DNA of 64,000 nt from Klebsiella phage vB_KM5a1-KLB31, in the sequence record PP582757.1. One strand, 5' to 3'. This document shows, one piece after another, positions 20,404 to 29,222 of the stretch. Positions within the stretch are counted from its first letter, which is position 1; every line of letters begins with the position of its first letter. Position numbers and translations under genes: made by a program. A model generated the notes under the pieces. The model was not told the origin of the DNA and made no database searches. It was given only the letters and a program-made list of their open reading frames with translations.

Positions 20404-20759
20404 TAGATAATGAACTCGGTTGATACTACGTCCCAGATTGCTTCACGTTGTTCTTCAGTAGTTTTCTGACCAAGAACATGGCGAAGATAAAGTTTGACCA
20501 GAAGCTGACGATTATCGCCATGCCATGATGGGTGAGAATCAAAATCACGAGTACGAACTTCATCATGTAGGCCAACTTTGATTGTCGAACCTTTGATTGA
20601 AACATCTAAGCAAGGACCGTTTTCAAAAGCGAAGAAGCAGTAGTTGTCCATGTGATACATGTCAATCTGAGCAACTGTGCCATTGTTGTGTTTCCACAGC
20701 AGAATTGGAGATTGACCTGCATCATTCACATATTTGCGTTCGAAGTTGTTGAAGTTCAT
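20403..20759 (-). CDS. hypothetical protein
   Basis: Listed as 20403..20810, but the 5' 51 nt lie inside the promoter stem-loop. Internal ATG (MNFNNFERKY) at 20759 preferred. Confidence 0.45.
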   Translation of the reverse strand: MNFNNFERKYVNDAGQSPILLWKHNNGTVAQIDMYHMDNYCFFAFENGPCLDVSIKGSTIKVGLHDEVRTRDFDSHPSWHGDNRQLLVKLYLRHVLGQKTTEEQREAIWDVVSTEFII

Positions 20760-20775
20760 TTTGTTATCCCGTTTA

Positions 20776-20830
20776 AGTAGTTTGCTGATTGAGTGTACAT
20801 AATACCACACTCAATCAGCGTTGTAAACTG
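20776..20830 (-). promoter_or_regulatory. early promoter stem-loop cassette (CTGATTGAGTGT-loop-ACACTCAATCAG, GTTTAC -35)
   Basis: 12-bp perfect inverted repeat flanking CATAATA (TATTATG on minus), with CAGTTTACAACG as -35 on minus. Confidence 0.55.
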
Positions 20831-21316
20831 TTAATCGAACTTAATTTCAGATACTACACGAGCTGTTGTTTCTAAACGGAAAATGTTGACTTCAGTCCCA
20901 GGAACATTGCCTTTAAGAACAAATTCTGCATGTTCTTTTGCTTTAGACAAAGTGAAACGAGTAGGAGTGGCACCACCTACAGTGTAAACTTCACCTGGGC
21001 TTGTCACTACGACAATGCGGTCTTCTACATCATCTGCCACTTTAACTTCAGTGAACAATTCCCACTCATCTTTATAGAACCATGATGCAGACCATTCTTC
21101 TTCTTTAAAGTGAGGCAGGGCTTCTAGGCGAGAAATAGTCTCACCACCTTCAAATCGAATCTCAAAGACACCATCAGAATCGCCGTCTTCAAAAGAAACC
21201 ACTTCAAACTTACGACCACGCAAATAGGCTACGATTCCACGATTAAGTTTTGAGGCCAGACGAATAAATTCATCAACGTTCTTTTCTTCGAGCACGTACC
21301 ACTTATTCAGTTCCAT
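20831..21316 (-). CDS. hypothetical protein
   Basis: 161-aa ORF, no recognised motif. Confidence 0.5.
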   Translation of the reverse strand: MELNKWYVLEEKNVDEFIRLASKLNRGIVAYLRGRKFEVVSFEDGDSDGVFEIRFEGGETISRLEALPHFKEEEWSASWFYKDEWELFTEVKVADDVEDRIVVVTSPGEVYTVGGATPTRFTLSKAKEHAEFVLKGNVPGTEVNIFRLETTARVVSEIKFD

Positions 21317-21323
21317 ATTTTTC

Positions 21324-21794
21324 TCACTTAAATTTAGTTGAAACTACTTTAGGCTCTTTGCGAGTTGTCATACGATCGATACCTTTGAAGACAATAACAG
21401 TGTCATCAGGATGGTTTTTAAGCCACATCTCGCCATAAGCCACAGCATCATCATAGCTTTTGTTCTTTTCACGAATCAAGTAGCCTGGCACCTCTGGAGA
21501 ACAAACCAGACAACCATAATCGTTTTCGCCTACTTCTTCGAACAAATGGAATTCAGAATCAAATGAGATAATCACGCCATTCATTTCGCCACGCAGCGAA
21601 TAAGTATCGTGAACTCGAACTTGACCATTTTCGTTCTTTACACCGACTTTCGTCACAGAACCAGACTGCCGCGTTTCAATGACGATAAATTCGCCACTTA
21701 AAACATCAACATACTTAATGTTTTGTGTTGCAGAGTTAATGAATGATTCACGTGATTCCTCATCTTTAAAGCGATAAGTCTTTTGTACTTGCAT
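21324..21794 (-). CDS. hypothetical protein
   Basis: 156-aa ORF. Good SD. Confidence 0.5.
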   Translation of the reverse strand: MQVQKTYRFKDEESRESFINSATQNIKYVDVLSGEFIVIETRQSGSVTKVGVKNENGQVRVHDTYSLRGEMNGVIISFDSEFHLFEEVGENDYGCLVCSPEVPGYLIREKNKSYDDAVAYGEMWLKNHPDDTVIVFKGIDRMTTRKEPKVVSTKFK

Positions 21795-21811
21795 TTTAGT
21801 TTCCTCAATTA

Positions 21812-21827
21812 AGAGCCCGAAGGCTCT
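21812..21827 (-). terminator. AGAGCCCGAAGGCTCT tetraloop hairpin
   Basis: 8-bp stem with a CGAA loop between two minus-strand genes. Confidence 0.45.
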
Positions 21828-22192
21828 TAACGGACTTTAGTCCAGTTAGTCAAATCAATTTTACCGGCTTTCTTAATCTTTTCAATTAGATTGTCAGCAC
21901 GAGTACGGCCGTTTTCATACCAAACAACATCTTCTGAACAATCTTCATCTTCATAAGTCTCAGAACGAATATGACCATGAATTGTGGTTTTCAATGCGTA
22001 GATTTCACCAGTGAAGAAGTTCTCAACAGTGATATGCCATGCAAAATCATCAGAAGGACCATCAGGAGTCATACAATGAACTACATCACCTTGATACTTG
22101 CTTACCATCCACTGTAACTCATTTACGGTCTGTGCTTTATAACCGTCATGGTCTTTGCATTTCACTGTAGCGTTCAGATTGATGATTGTCAT
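21827..22192 (-). CDS. hypothetical protein
   Basis: 121-aa ORF preceded by an early promoter cassette at 22196-22252. Confidence 0.5.
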   Translation of the reverse strand: MTIINLNATVKCKDHDGYKAQTVNELQWMVSKYQGDVVHCMTPDGPSDDFAWHITVENFFTGEIYALKTTIHGHIRSETYEDEDCSEDVVWYENGRTRADNLIEKIKKAGKIDLTNWTKVR

Positions 22193-22195
22193 TTT

Positions 22196-22252
22196 TAAGT
22201 CTCCATGTTGATTGAGTGTACATCATATCACAATCCTAGGAGAAGTAAACAC
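22196..22252 (-). promoter_or_regulatory. early promoter stem-loop cassette
   Basis: Minus strand reads GTGTTTACTTCTCCTAGGATTGTGATATGATG. A GATTG/CAATC stem wraps the -10. Confidence 0.45.
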
Positions 22253-22261
22253 CGCCATGAA

Positions 22262-22292
22262 AACAAAAATGGGAACCACTAGGGTTCCCATA
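22262..22292 (-). terminator. intrinsic terminator GGGAACC-ACTA-GGGTTCCC (copy 1 of 2 identical terminators)
   Basis: AAAAATGGGAACCACTAGGGTTCCCAT is identical to 40441-40467. Lies 3' of the small basic protein gene. Confidence 0.6.
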
Positions 22293-22295
22293 ACA

Positions 22296-22481
22296 TTATA
22301 CTGCGCGTGGCTTACCAAAGCAAGCTGCATCTGCACGTAGAACTGCACGAGCACGAGCTTGAAGTTTGCTTACCAGCTGATTGATACGCTTGTTGGACCC
22401 ACGCTTGTAGCCAGCGCGTTTAGAATCACCAACAACCACTTTTTCTACTTTCTTTGCTTTAGCTTGTTTAGCCATTTTCAT
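22296..22481 (-). CDS. small lysine/arginine-rich basic protein
   Basis: Listed ORF starts at 22526, but the SD-supported start is at the internal MKMAKQAKAKK (GGAAG ATG). About 61 aa. Confidence 0.45.
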   Translation of the reverse strand: MKMAKQAKAKKVEKVVVGDSKRAGYKRGSNKRINQLVSKLQARARAVLRADAACFGKPRAV

Positions 22482-22766
22482 CTTCCATTTCGGAGAAATA
22501 CATGGGAGCCAACAACTCTCCCGCAAGCCCTCGAGGGGTACGTTTAAACTCTTATCTGTTGCACGCCGTTAGCTTAAAGGGTCCGGGTCCGATTTCTCGA
22601 GGATAAGATATACACCGATGGATGTATAGGCCTTGAGGCGTACTCCCAATTAGCCATCGCCTTGGGGTAGCATGCACTTGCCGTTTATTTCAAGTTCGCA
22701 CTTTAGTAGCGTTCACTGAAGGTTTTGACTTATTTAACGTCGGGATAACCTACAACCATGACATCA

Positions 22767-23012
22767 TTACTTCAGCGTAACCACATAATGGCGAACTGCT
22801 TTACGAGCAGCACTGCACAGTGGATATGCATATTTTAGTACATCTTGTGCCTGAAGCGTATCACGCAGAGTAGCCTGTACAGGATTCAGATGTTTAAAGC
22901 CGGACAGAACAGACAGAATTTCTGCTTGAACATCAATGCTTGCACCATAGTTATCGTGGCCTGCATTCCATGCTTTATGTTGAAGATCTAGAGCGTTAGT
23001 GATAATAGACAT
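22767..23012 (-). CDS. rIII: putative rIII lysis-inhibition accessory protein
   Basis: 81 aa. T4 rIII is, as far as I recall, about 82 aa. Sits between gene 31 and the 30.x block as in T4. No motif checked. Confidence 0.4.
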   Translation of the reverse strand: MSIITNALDLQHKAWNAGHDNYGASIDVQAEILSVLSGFKHLNPVQATLRDTLQAQDVLKYAYPLCSAARKAVRHYVVTLK

Positions 23013-23126
23013 TATTCATCCTCAAAATGAGGTTAATATAGATGGAGCCCCGTAACCCTCATGGTACGGCGCATCTCCACCACGTAGAAGAGGCTAGCGT
23101 CATCTGACATTCGACTCTTCATAATT

Positions 23127-23450
23127 TTATTTATACAAGCAAGGAATTGCTTTGTAATGGCAGGTCACAAATTTCTGTTTAATGTCCTTGGCTTTACGAA
23201 CACCAAGTGCAACCAGAGGATGTGGAACGTTTGCAATTTTACCTACCGGAATAGGAGTCAAATCACCAACTTCACAGAAACCTTCTGGGACATCAGGACC
23301 AATTGAATAAACTTCACACATCTCAGGCAATTCGCCTTGATGTAATTTACCAATCACAATACCACTTGCGGTAACTTCTTCGTCGCCTGCTTGTTTAGGC
23401 TCAGAAACCAGAATAATGTATTCACCTACTGCTTTAATTGGAAGTTCCAT
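23127..23450 (-). CDS. 31: co-chaperonin gp31 (GroES analogue)
   Basis: Very similar to T4 gp31 as I recall it ([61 protein letters not shown] at the C-terminus). 107 aa. Confidence 0.92.
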   Translation of the reverse strand: MELPIKAVGEYIILVSEPKQAGDEEVTASGIVIGKLHQGELPEMCEVYSIGPDVPEGFCEVGDLTPIPVGKIANVPHPLVALGVRKAKDIKQKFVTCHYKAIPCLYK

Positions 23451-23507
23451 TATTAATCCATATCATTGGGTTATGTACTAATAATAACACACAACCCATA
23501 AAGCAAA
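23451..23507 (-). promoter_or_regulatory. MotA-dependent middle promoter for gene 31 (MotA box TGCTTTA, 12-nt spacer, TATTAT) with overlapping stem-loop
   Basis: Minus strand reads ATTTGCTTTATGGGTTGTGTGT TATTAT. T4 gene 31 is known to be middle-transcribed. A GGGTTgTG...CAtAACCC imperfect stem wraps the -10. Confidence 0.5.
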
Positions 23508-23840
23508 TTACTTACCTACGAACTGAAGCAGGTGCTCAACTTTCATACCGTTAACTGAAATCAGTTTATCGATAGAGAAGCCACGCCATTGTTTAATTGT
23601 TGCATCGAAACATGGGACCATATCGGTAGCTTCTTTACGAGGCTTGGCCGGAGATACATATGATTCAAATACTTCAGCACCAACCAGAGTTGTTACTACG
23701 GCTTTGTCGCGAGTCGCAGACATAGTACGAATAGTGCCATCGGCTTTTTCAAACACGATTTCAGATACGCCCATTGCGAGTTTAGTTTTCAGAATTTCGC
23801 GCAGAGCAATTTTTTGTTCAACAGTTAATTTAGTAGACAT
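23508..23840 (-). CDS. hypothetical protein (31.1 position)
   Basis: 110-aa ORF. Confidence 0.5.
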   Translation of the reverse strand: MSTKLTVEQKIALREILKTKLAMGVSEIVFEKADGTIRTMSATRDKAVVTTLVGAEVFESYVSPAKPRKEATDMVPCFDATIKQWRGFSIDKLISVNGMKVEHLLQFVGK

Positions 23841-23842
23841 AA

Positions 23843-24079
23843 TCAGTCCTTCAATACAGTTCGGATTTTATGAGCACCTCGTTCTCTTAAGACTTTTAAG
23901 AGTTTAAGGCATTTGTTTTTACGGTCTTTAACATAGCTTGGGTCTTCAGAGTCAACCCAATCGGTCGTATAAAGAGTCTTCCATTTAGAGAAGAATCCTT
24001 CTTTATATTCTACGGCGAAGCAAACATTGACTGCGCCATATGAACTCAGACCGGTGGTTTCGATAATACGTGATTTCAT
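23843..24079 (-). CDS. hypothetical protein (31.2 position)
   Basis: 78-aa ORF. Start overlaps the cd stop. Confidence 0.45.
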   Translation of the reverse strand: MKSRIIETTGLSSYGAVNVCFAVEYKEGFFSKWKTLYTTDWVDSEDPSYVKDRKNKCLKLLKVLRERGAHKIRTVLKD

Positions 24080-24630
24080 TATTCACCACAGAAATTACGA
24101 ATGTTTTCCCAGTTCAGCGAACGGAGATTATTACGCTGATACTCAACCACTTCAATTCCGGCTTCAAGTAGAATATCAGCCCAATTGTCAGGAGAACGGT
24201 CATAACGCTCTGCGTAAACGACTTTCTTAATACCTGACTGAGAAATAGCCTTAGTACATTCAGGACAAGGAGACGCCGTACAGTACAACGTAGCACCTTC
24301 AATTGAAGAGCCTTTACGTGCTGCAAACAGAATGGCATTCAGTTCGGCATGGATTTCATTTTTAGAAGACCATTCGCTATGAGCCGGACGATGTTCTTTG
24401 GCCAGGACTTTTAAGACACCAAAGCCACGATGAATTGGATAATCGACTTCTTTAATCCAACCTTGTTCTTCGGCATGGTCACAGCAGTTAGTTCCGCCGG
24501 CCGGAGAACCATTATAACCGGTAGAAATGATACGGCCATCTTTTTCGATAACTGCACCTACTTTCCAGGAACAGCATTTTGATTCTTGCGATATCAGGTA
24601 AGCAATTTGTAAGTAAGTGCTAGCTTTCAT
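24079..24630 (-). CDS. cd: dCMP deaminase
   Basis: Cytidine/deoxycytidylate deaminase zinc motifs HAE (CDHAEEQG) and PCxxC (ASPCPECTK). 183 aa. T4 synteny (31, cd, pseT). Confidence 0.9.
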   Translation of the reverse strand: MKASTYLQIAYLISQESKCCSWKVGAVIEKDGRIISTGYNGSPAGGTNCCDHAEEQGWIKEVDYPIHRGFGVLKVLAKEHRPAHSEWSSKNEIHAELNAILFAARKGSSIEGATLYCTASPCPECTKAISQSGIKKVVYAERYDRSPDNWADILLEAGIEVVEYQRNNLRSLNWENIRNFCGE

Positions 24631-25626
24631 TTAAATAGCCTTTTGATTAATATAAGACAGAAGCTCTTCAGTATGTTCCCAACCAATACAGGCATCTGTA
24701 ATAGAAACACCATAGAGCATATTATCAGAAATCTTTTGATTTCCTTCATGTAGATTAGATTCTATCATAATACCTTTGACAAAGGCGTTATCTGCTACCA
24801 ATCTGCCAACATGAAGTTGATTTGAGAAATAACCGGTCGCATTAGCATGACTACAGTCAACCATAACGTTATGATTAAGACTTTGAGCTGAAGCAGCAAC
24901 TACGGCTTCATTAATATCGGACTCTGAATAATTAGGTCCTTCACTACCACCACGCAATACGATATGGGTATTAACATTGCCTTCGGCATGAACGATACCT
25001 ACTTTACCATCATGGTCCATACCCATATAACGATGCGGATACGCCGCAGAAAGAATTGCATCAGTAGCAACCTTAACAGAACCATTTGTTCCATTTTTAA
25101 AGCCAACGCACATAGGCAGGCCTGAAGCAATTTCACGGTGAGTCTGGCTCTCGGTTGTACGAGCACCGATTGCGACCCAAGAGAAAATACCTGTAAGATA
25201 CTTAATCGTGAATGGGTCTAACACTTCAGTCGCTAGTGGCAGGCCTAAGCTTAATAGTTCTAAGCAAAGTTCACGAGCCATTTCGAGCCCACGGTTTATG
25301 TCAAATGAGCCATTCAATTCTGGGTCATTAATGAAACCTTTCCAACCTACAGTTGTTCTTGGTTTCTCAAAATAAACACGCATAACCAAAAGAAGATTTG
25401 GAAATTGTTTTTGTACTTCGGCTAAACGTTCACCGTATTCGAGAGCAGCTTTAGGGTCATGAATTGAACAAGGGCCTACAACAATAATTTTGCGTGGGTC
25501 TTCGCCATTCATAATCGAATTTACTTGTTCACGATGAGCAGCAACTTGTTTTTCAAGTGCCACCGTCAAAGGATATGTTTCAACCAATGTTTTTGGAGAA
25601 ATTAGTGATTCGACTAATGGTAGCAT
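24631..25626 (-). CDS. 3-deoxy-D-arabino-heptulosonate-7-phosphate (DAHP) synthase, class I alpha (AroG/F/H-like)
   Basis: Collinear with E. coli AroG over the full length as I recall it (IVVGPCSIHDP, MRVYFEKPRTTVGWKG.INDP, WVAIGARTTESQ.HRE.ASGL, VGFKNGT.G, DCSHAN, ESNL.EGNQ, ITDACIGWE). Metal ligands Cys/His/Glu/Asp are present. 331 aa. Confidence 0.9.
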   Translation of the reverse strand: MLPLVESLISPKTLVETYPLTVALEKQVAAHREQVNSIMNGEDPRKIIVVGPCSIHDPKAALEYGERLAEVQKQFPNLLLVMRVYFEKPRTTVGWKGFINDPELNGSFDINRGLEMARELCLELLSLGLPLATEVLDPFTIKYLTGIFSWVAIGARTTESQTHREIASGLPMCVGFKNGTNGSVKVATDAILSAAYPHRYMGMDHDGKVGIVHAEGNVNTHIVLRGGSEGPNYSESDINEAVVAASAQSLNHNVMVDCSHANATGYFSNQLHVGRLVADNAFVKGIMIESNLHEGNQKISDNMLYGVSITDACIGWEHTEELLSYINQKAI

Positions 25627-25635
25627 TATTTTACC

Positions 25636-25887
25636 TTAATTTTTATAAACGGAAACCGATTCTACTCGACCATCCATATGTCTAACGATATTATAATATT
25701 CTTCTGAATAAGCAAGAGTATCTTTTTCGCCTTTTTCAATGGTAATCAAATATGAAACAGGACTTTCTTGTTGAACGCGCACTTTTACGTCATCACGTCG
25801 TTCAGAGATTTTATTAATCAGGGCCTGAGCAAACTGAGGGATTGCTGCGGCGAATTCTTCGATAGAAAACTGTTTATCTGAAATCAT
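25636..25887 (-). CDS. hypothetical protein
   Basis: 83-aa ORF between the DAHP synthase gene and pseT. Confidence 0.45.
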   Translation of the reverse strand: MISDKQFSIEEFAAAIPQFAQALINKISERRDDVKVRVQQESPVSYLITIEKGEKDTLAYSEEYYNIVRHMDGRVESVSVYKN

Positions 25888-26162
25888 GCTACGGCCACCT
25901 GTACTGAATTAGCATCATAGTCCACTGTAACAAAAACATACAGCGGTTCGGTATCGCCACAATCAATTTCTACTTCGCAAGTAGAAACAAAAGAAGTATG
26001 ATTAATAGATACTTTCTGAACATCAGGAGCCAGAATAGCTAGTGCGCCAGTTACTTCAGCATGAACTTTAAGTTCGCCCGGGACATCACGTTTAGTCAGG
26101 CAATGATTACCAAGGACCTGACGGAATACCATACTTACTAATTCAGAATATTTAGGGAACAT
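25884..26162 (-). CDS. hypothetical protein
   Basis: 92-aa ORF. Stop overlaps the downstream start. Confidence 0.45.
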   Translation of the reverse strand: MFPKYSELVSMVFRQVLGNHCLTKRDVPGELKVHAEVTGALAILAPDVQKVSINHTSFVSTCEVEIDCGDTEPLYVFVTVDYDANSVQVAVA

Positions 26163-26172
26163 TTTGTTTTCC

Positions 26173-26388
26173 TCAATGGACAGTGTGAACTACGACACGA
26201 ACAACGAATGCTACTACAGGGTCGTTGATTGGTGGGAACTCAACGTAATATTCTCCCTGATAGCGTTTGTTCAGGTCAGTACGGATTTCAGCAATAGCAT
26301 TAATCAACGCAGGGTTGAATACTGCACCTTGGAGCTTACGAAGCATTTTATAGGCTTCTTGCTCGACTTCATGATGTTTATCGTACAT
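26173..26388 (-). CDS. hypothetical protein
   Basis: Listed to 26421, but the 5' end lies in the promoter cassette. Internal ATG (MYDKHHEV) with GAGGAA SD preferred. Confidence 0.45.
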   Translation of the reverse strand: MYDKHHEVEQEAYKMLRKLQGAVFNPALINAIAEIRTDLNKRYQGEYYVEFPPINDPVVAFVVRVVVHTVH

Positions 26389-26394
26389 ATCATT

Positions 26395-27351
<957 letters not shown>

Positions 27352-27508
27352 TTATTCTCAATAAGGATTTTCACTGCAGCACGACCAAGGTCAGCACCGC
27401 GTTTGCAATCGGCCATTGTCCAAGCTTCACCATTCTGTGACTTACGAAGAGCTCGGGTATTAATATCAGCAACCAATTGTTGGATTAATGCTTCAATTTT
27501 TACAGGAT

Positions 27509-27991
27509 TCATACGCCAAGTTCCTCATACAATTCCGCGCGTAAAGTTTTAAGGAGCTTACCAGTTTCATAAGCATGGTGCTCACCAATATTGCCATCAC
27601 CAACCGAACGTTGAGTCGCACCATGATGTTTAGCTGCTTCTTCGAAACGTTTCACAATATCACGAACGCGTTCTAATTCATTATATTCTTCAATGAACTC
27701 TGGATATTCCCAGACAGGACGCATCATACGATACCAGTTTTGAAGCGTAATATAATTTGATTCAAGAAGATTGAAAACCTGAGAAGGCAGGTCGGAACCA
27801 GGCGCATAGAAAGTAACTTGGGTTACCATATCTTGCCCATTGATACGAGTCCAAGTATAAGAAAACGTCGCTTTCTTTTCGAGAGGAGTTTTCATGCATG
27901 AACCGATTTTGAGAAGGTCTTTAAGACCAGGAGATTTGATACCAGAGATGTACTCTGCATGTGCTACGAAAGAGTTGTTACGTAAAGTCAT
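27509..27991 (-). CDS. hypothetical protein (pseT.1 position)
   Basis: 160-aa ORF between the spanins and pseT. Confidence 0.45.
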   Translation of the reverse strand: MTLRNNSFVAHAEYISGIKSPGLKDLLKIGSCMKTPLEKKATFSYTWTRINGQDMVTQVTFYAPGSDLPSQVFNLLESNYITLQNWYRMMRPVWEYPEFIEEYNELERVRDIVKRFEEAAKHHGATQRSVGDGNIGEHHAYETGKLLKTLRAELYEELGV

Positions 27992-28034
27992 AATATTTTC
28001 CTCAGTTTGAGATATCCGTGGAGGGCCGAAGCCC

Positions 28035-28328
28035 TCATTTACATTTTGTTTCTTTCAGGTCTTTACGGTAGTAACATATCACATCATTTGAATCTTTAAC
28101 ATATCTGCTGATATCATCCATCCAAGAACGATATTTCTGTGACTCTTCAAATGGCATACCTACCCAGGCTTTTCCATCGATTACTTTTACTTCCCACTTA
28201 CTGTCATAAGCCTTAATAGGGTCTGGCCAGGATGGATGGACCTTTTCAACTTTAGTGGGCTCAGGTAACGCCTGGGAACATCCGGTCACTAAGACAGATA
28301 AACATATGGCTGCGATTTTTAAATTCAT
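28035..28328 (-). CDS. o-spanin lipoprotein (Rz1 equivalent, pseT.2-like)
   Basis: Signal peptide MNLKIAAICLSVLVTGC with lipobox LVTG-C. 97 aa. Immediately follows the i-spanin. T4 pseT.2/pseT.3 sit at the same place. Confidence 0.7.
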   Translation of the reverse strand: MNLKIAAICLSVLVTGCSQALPEPTKVEKVHPSWPDPIKAYDSKWEVKVIDGKAWVGMPFEESQKYRSWMDDISRYVKDSNDVICYYRKDLKETKCK

Positions 28329-28675
28329 TTCGTCGCCTCCTGGAGGTCCTGAGCAAACTTATTGAAGCTTGCGTTAATTTGGTTTTCTACCAGTTGTGGC
28401 TTCTTGGCCACGACATCAGAACGCTTTGCATCTTTATCAAGCTTTTGGTCAGAAGCTTTTTGAGTCTGACGACGGTCGCTACGACTCTTGTCAATAGCCT
28501 GAAGGCCTTTAAAATCATCTTGCAGAGTTTTAATCTGCTCTGATTGTGTTTTGGCTGTTTGTGTCACTGTCTCTAAATCAGCAGACAATGACTCAATACG
28601 TAGGTTTTGAACAAATAGTCCTGCACCAGCCAGTGCAGCAATAATGACCATTGTTCCCCAGATATTTACTTGCAT
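28325..28675 (-). CDS. i-spanin (Rz equivalent, pseT.3-like)
   Basis: N-terminal transmembrane helix (WGTMVIIAALAGAGLFV) followed by a charged coiled-coil periplasmic domain. Stop overlaps the o-spanin start. Confidence 0.7.
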   Translation of the reverse strand: MQVNIWGTMVIIAALAGAGLFVQNLRIESLSADLETVTQTAKTQSEQIKTLQDDFKGLQAIDKSRSDRRQTQKASDQKLDKDAKRSDVVAKKPQLVENQINASFNKFAQDLQEATK

Positions 28676-29163
28676 AACTTTTTGATAACCTCTACGATAT
28701 CGTCACGAGATAGGCCATTAACCAGAACATGACGAGCAGATTCAGATTGGACTTTATGGCTGTTATCGATAAGCTCTGCAACTTCGTCTGAAGAAAGTGT
28801 GCTGTGAGCGATACCGAGACGATTGAACTTATCTGTAAGTGGGTCACAGATAATGTAGAATTTATGCCCATCAATATGGACATTAGGCTGACTGATGTTA
28901 ATGAACACCTCAGCATTAGGCAGGTTGTTGGACAAGAACTCAACCATTGTATCAACCGCCTGGGGCATTGCTTCGCGACGTTCTTCGGTCTGCTTTGTGC
29001 TATAAGCTTTCTGTTTGACCTTTTGAGCCAATTTGCGGCCGAGTGTTAAACGAAGGTCAGAGAGAAAACCTACACGCTTCGTTCCTTTATATACACTGAT
29101 TCCGTCATGACGATCGCCAAATTCGGTTACTACCATGTCATTAGAGATAAGCTGTAAATTCAT
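28666..29163 (-). CDS. alc: putative Alc (host transcription shut-off) by position
   Basis: 165 aa against T4 Alc at 167 aa. Located between rnlA and the spanins as in T4. Homology not verified. Confidence 0.4.
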   Translation of the reverse strand: MNLQLISNDMVVTEFGDRHDGISVYKGTKRVGFLSDLRLTLGRKLAQKVKQKAYSTKQTEERREAMPQAVDTMVEFLSNNLPNAEVFINISQPNVHIDGHKFYIICDPLTDKFNRLGIAHSTLSSDEVAELIDNSHKVQSESARHVLVNGLSRDDIVEVIKKLCK

Positions 29164-29222
29164 ATTAATTTCCTCATGATTGGGTGTAAGGACATTCTAT
29201 CACACCTTACACCCATTGTAAA
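29163..29222 (-). promoter_or_regulatory. early promoter stem-loop cassette (GGGTGTAAGG-loop-CCTTACACCC)
   Basis: 10-bp stem around GTGATAGAATGT (-10-like TAGAAT). AGTTTACAATGGGTG -35 on minus. Confidence 0.55.

Noticed and set aside
22530-22770. tRNA or group I intron in the GC-rich intergenic stretch
   Set aside because: No GTTCGAATC-like T-arm or acceptor/anticodon stem arrangement was found by eye, and there is no flanking split gene. Kept only as an unexplained non-coding region.
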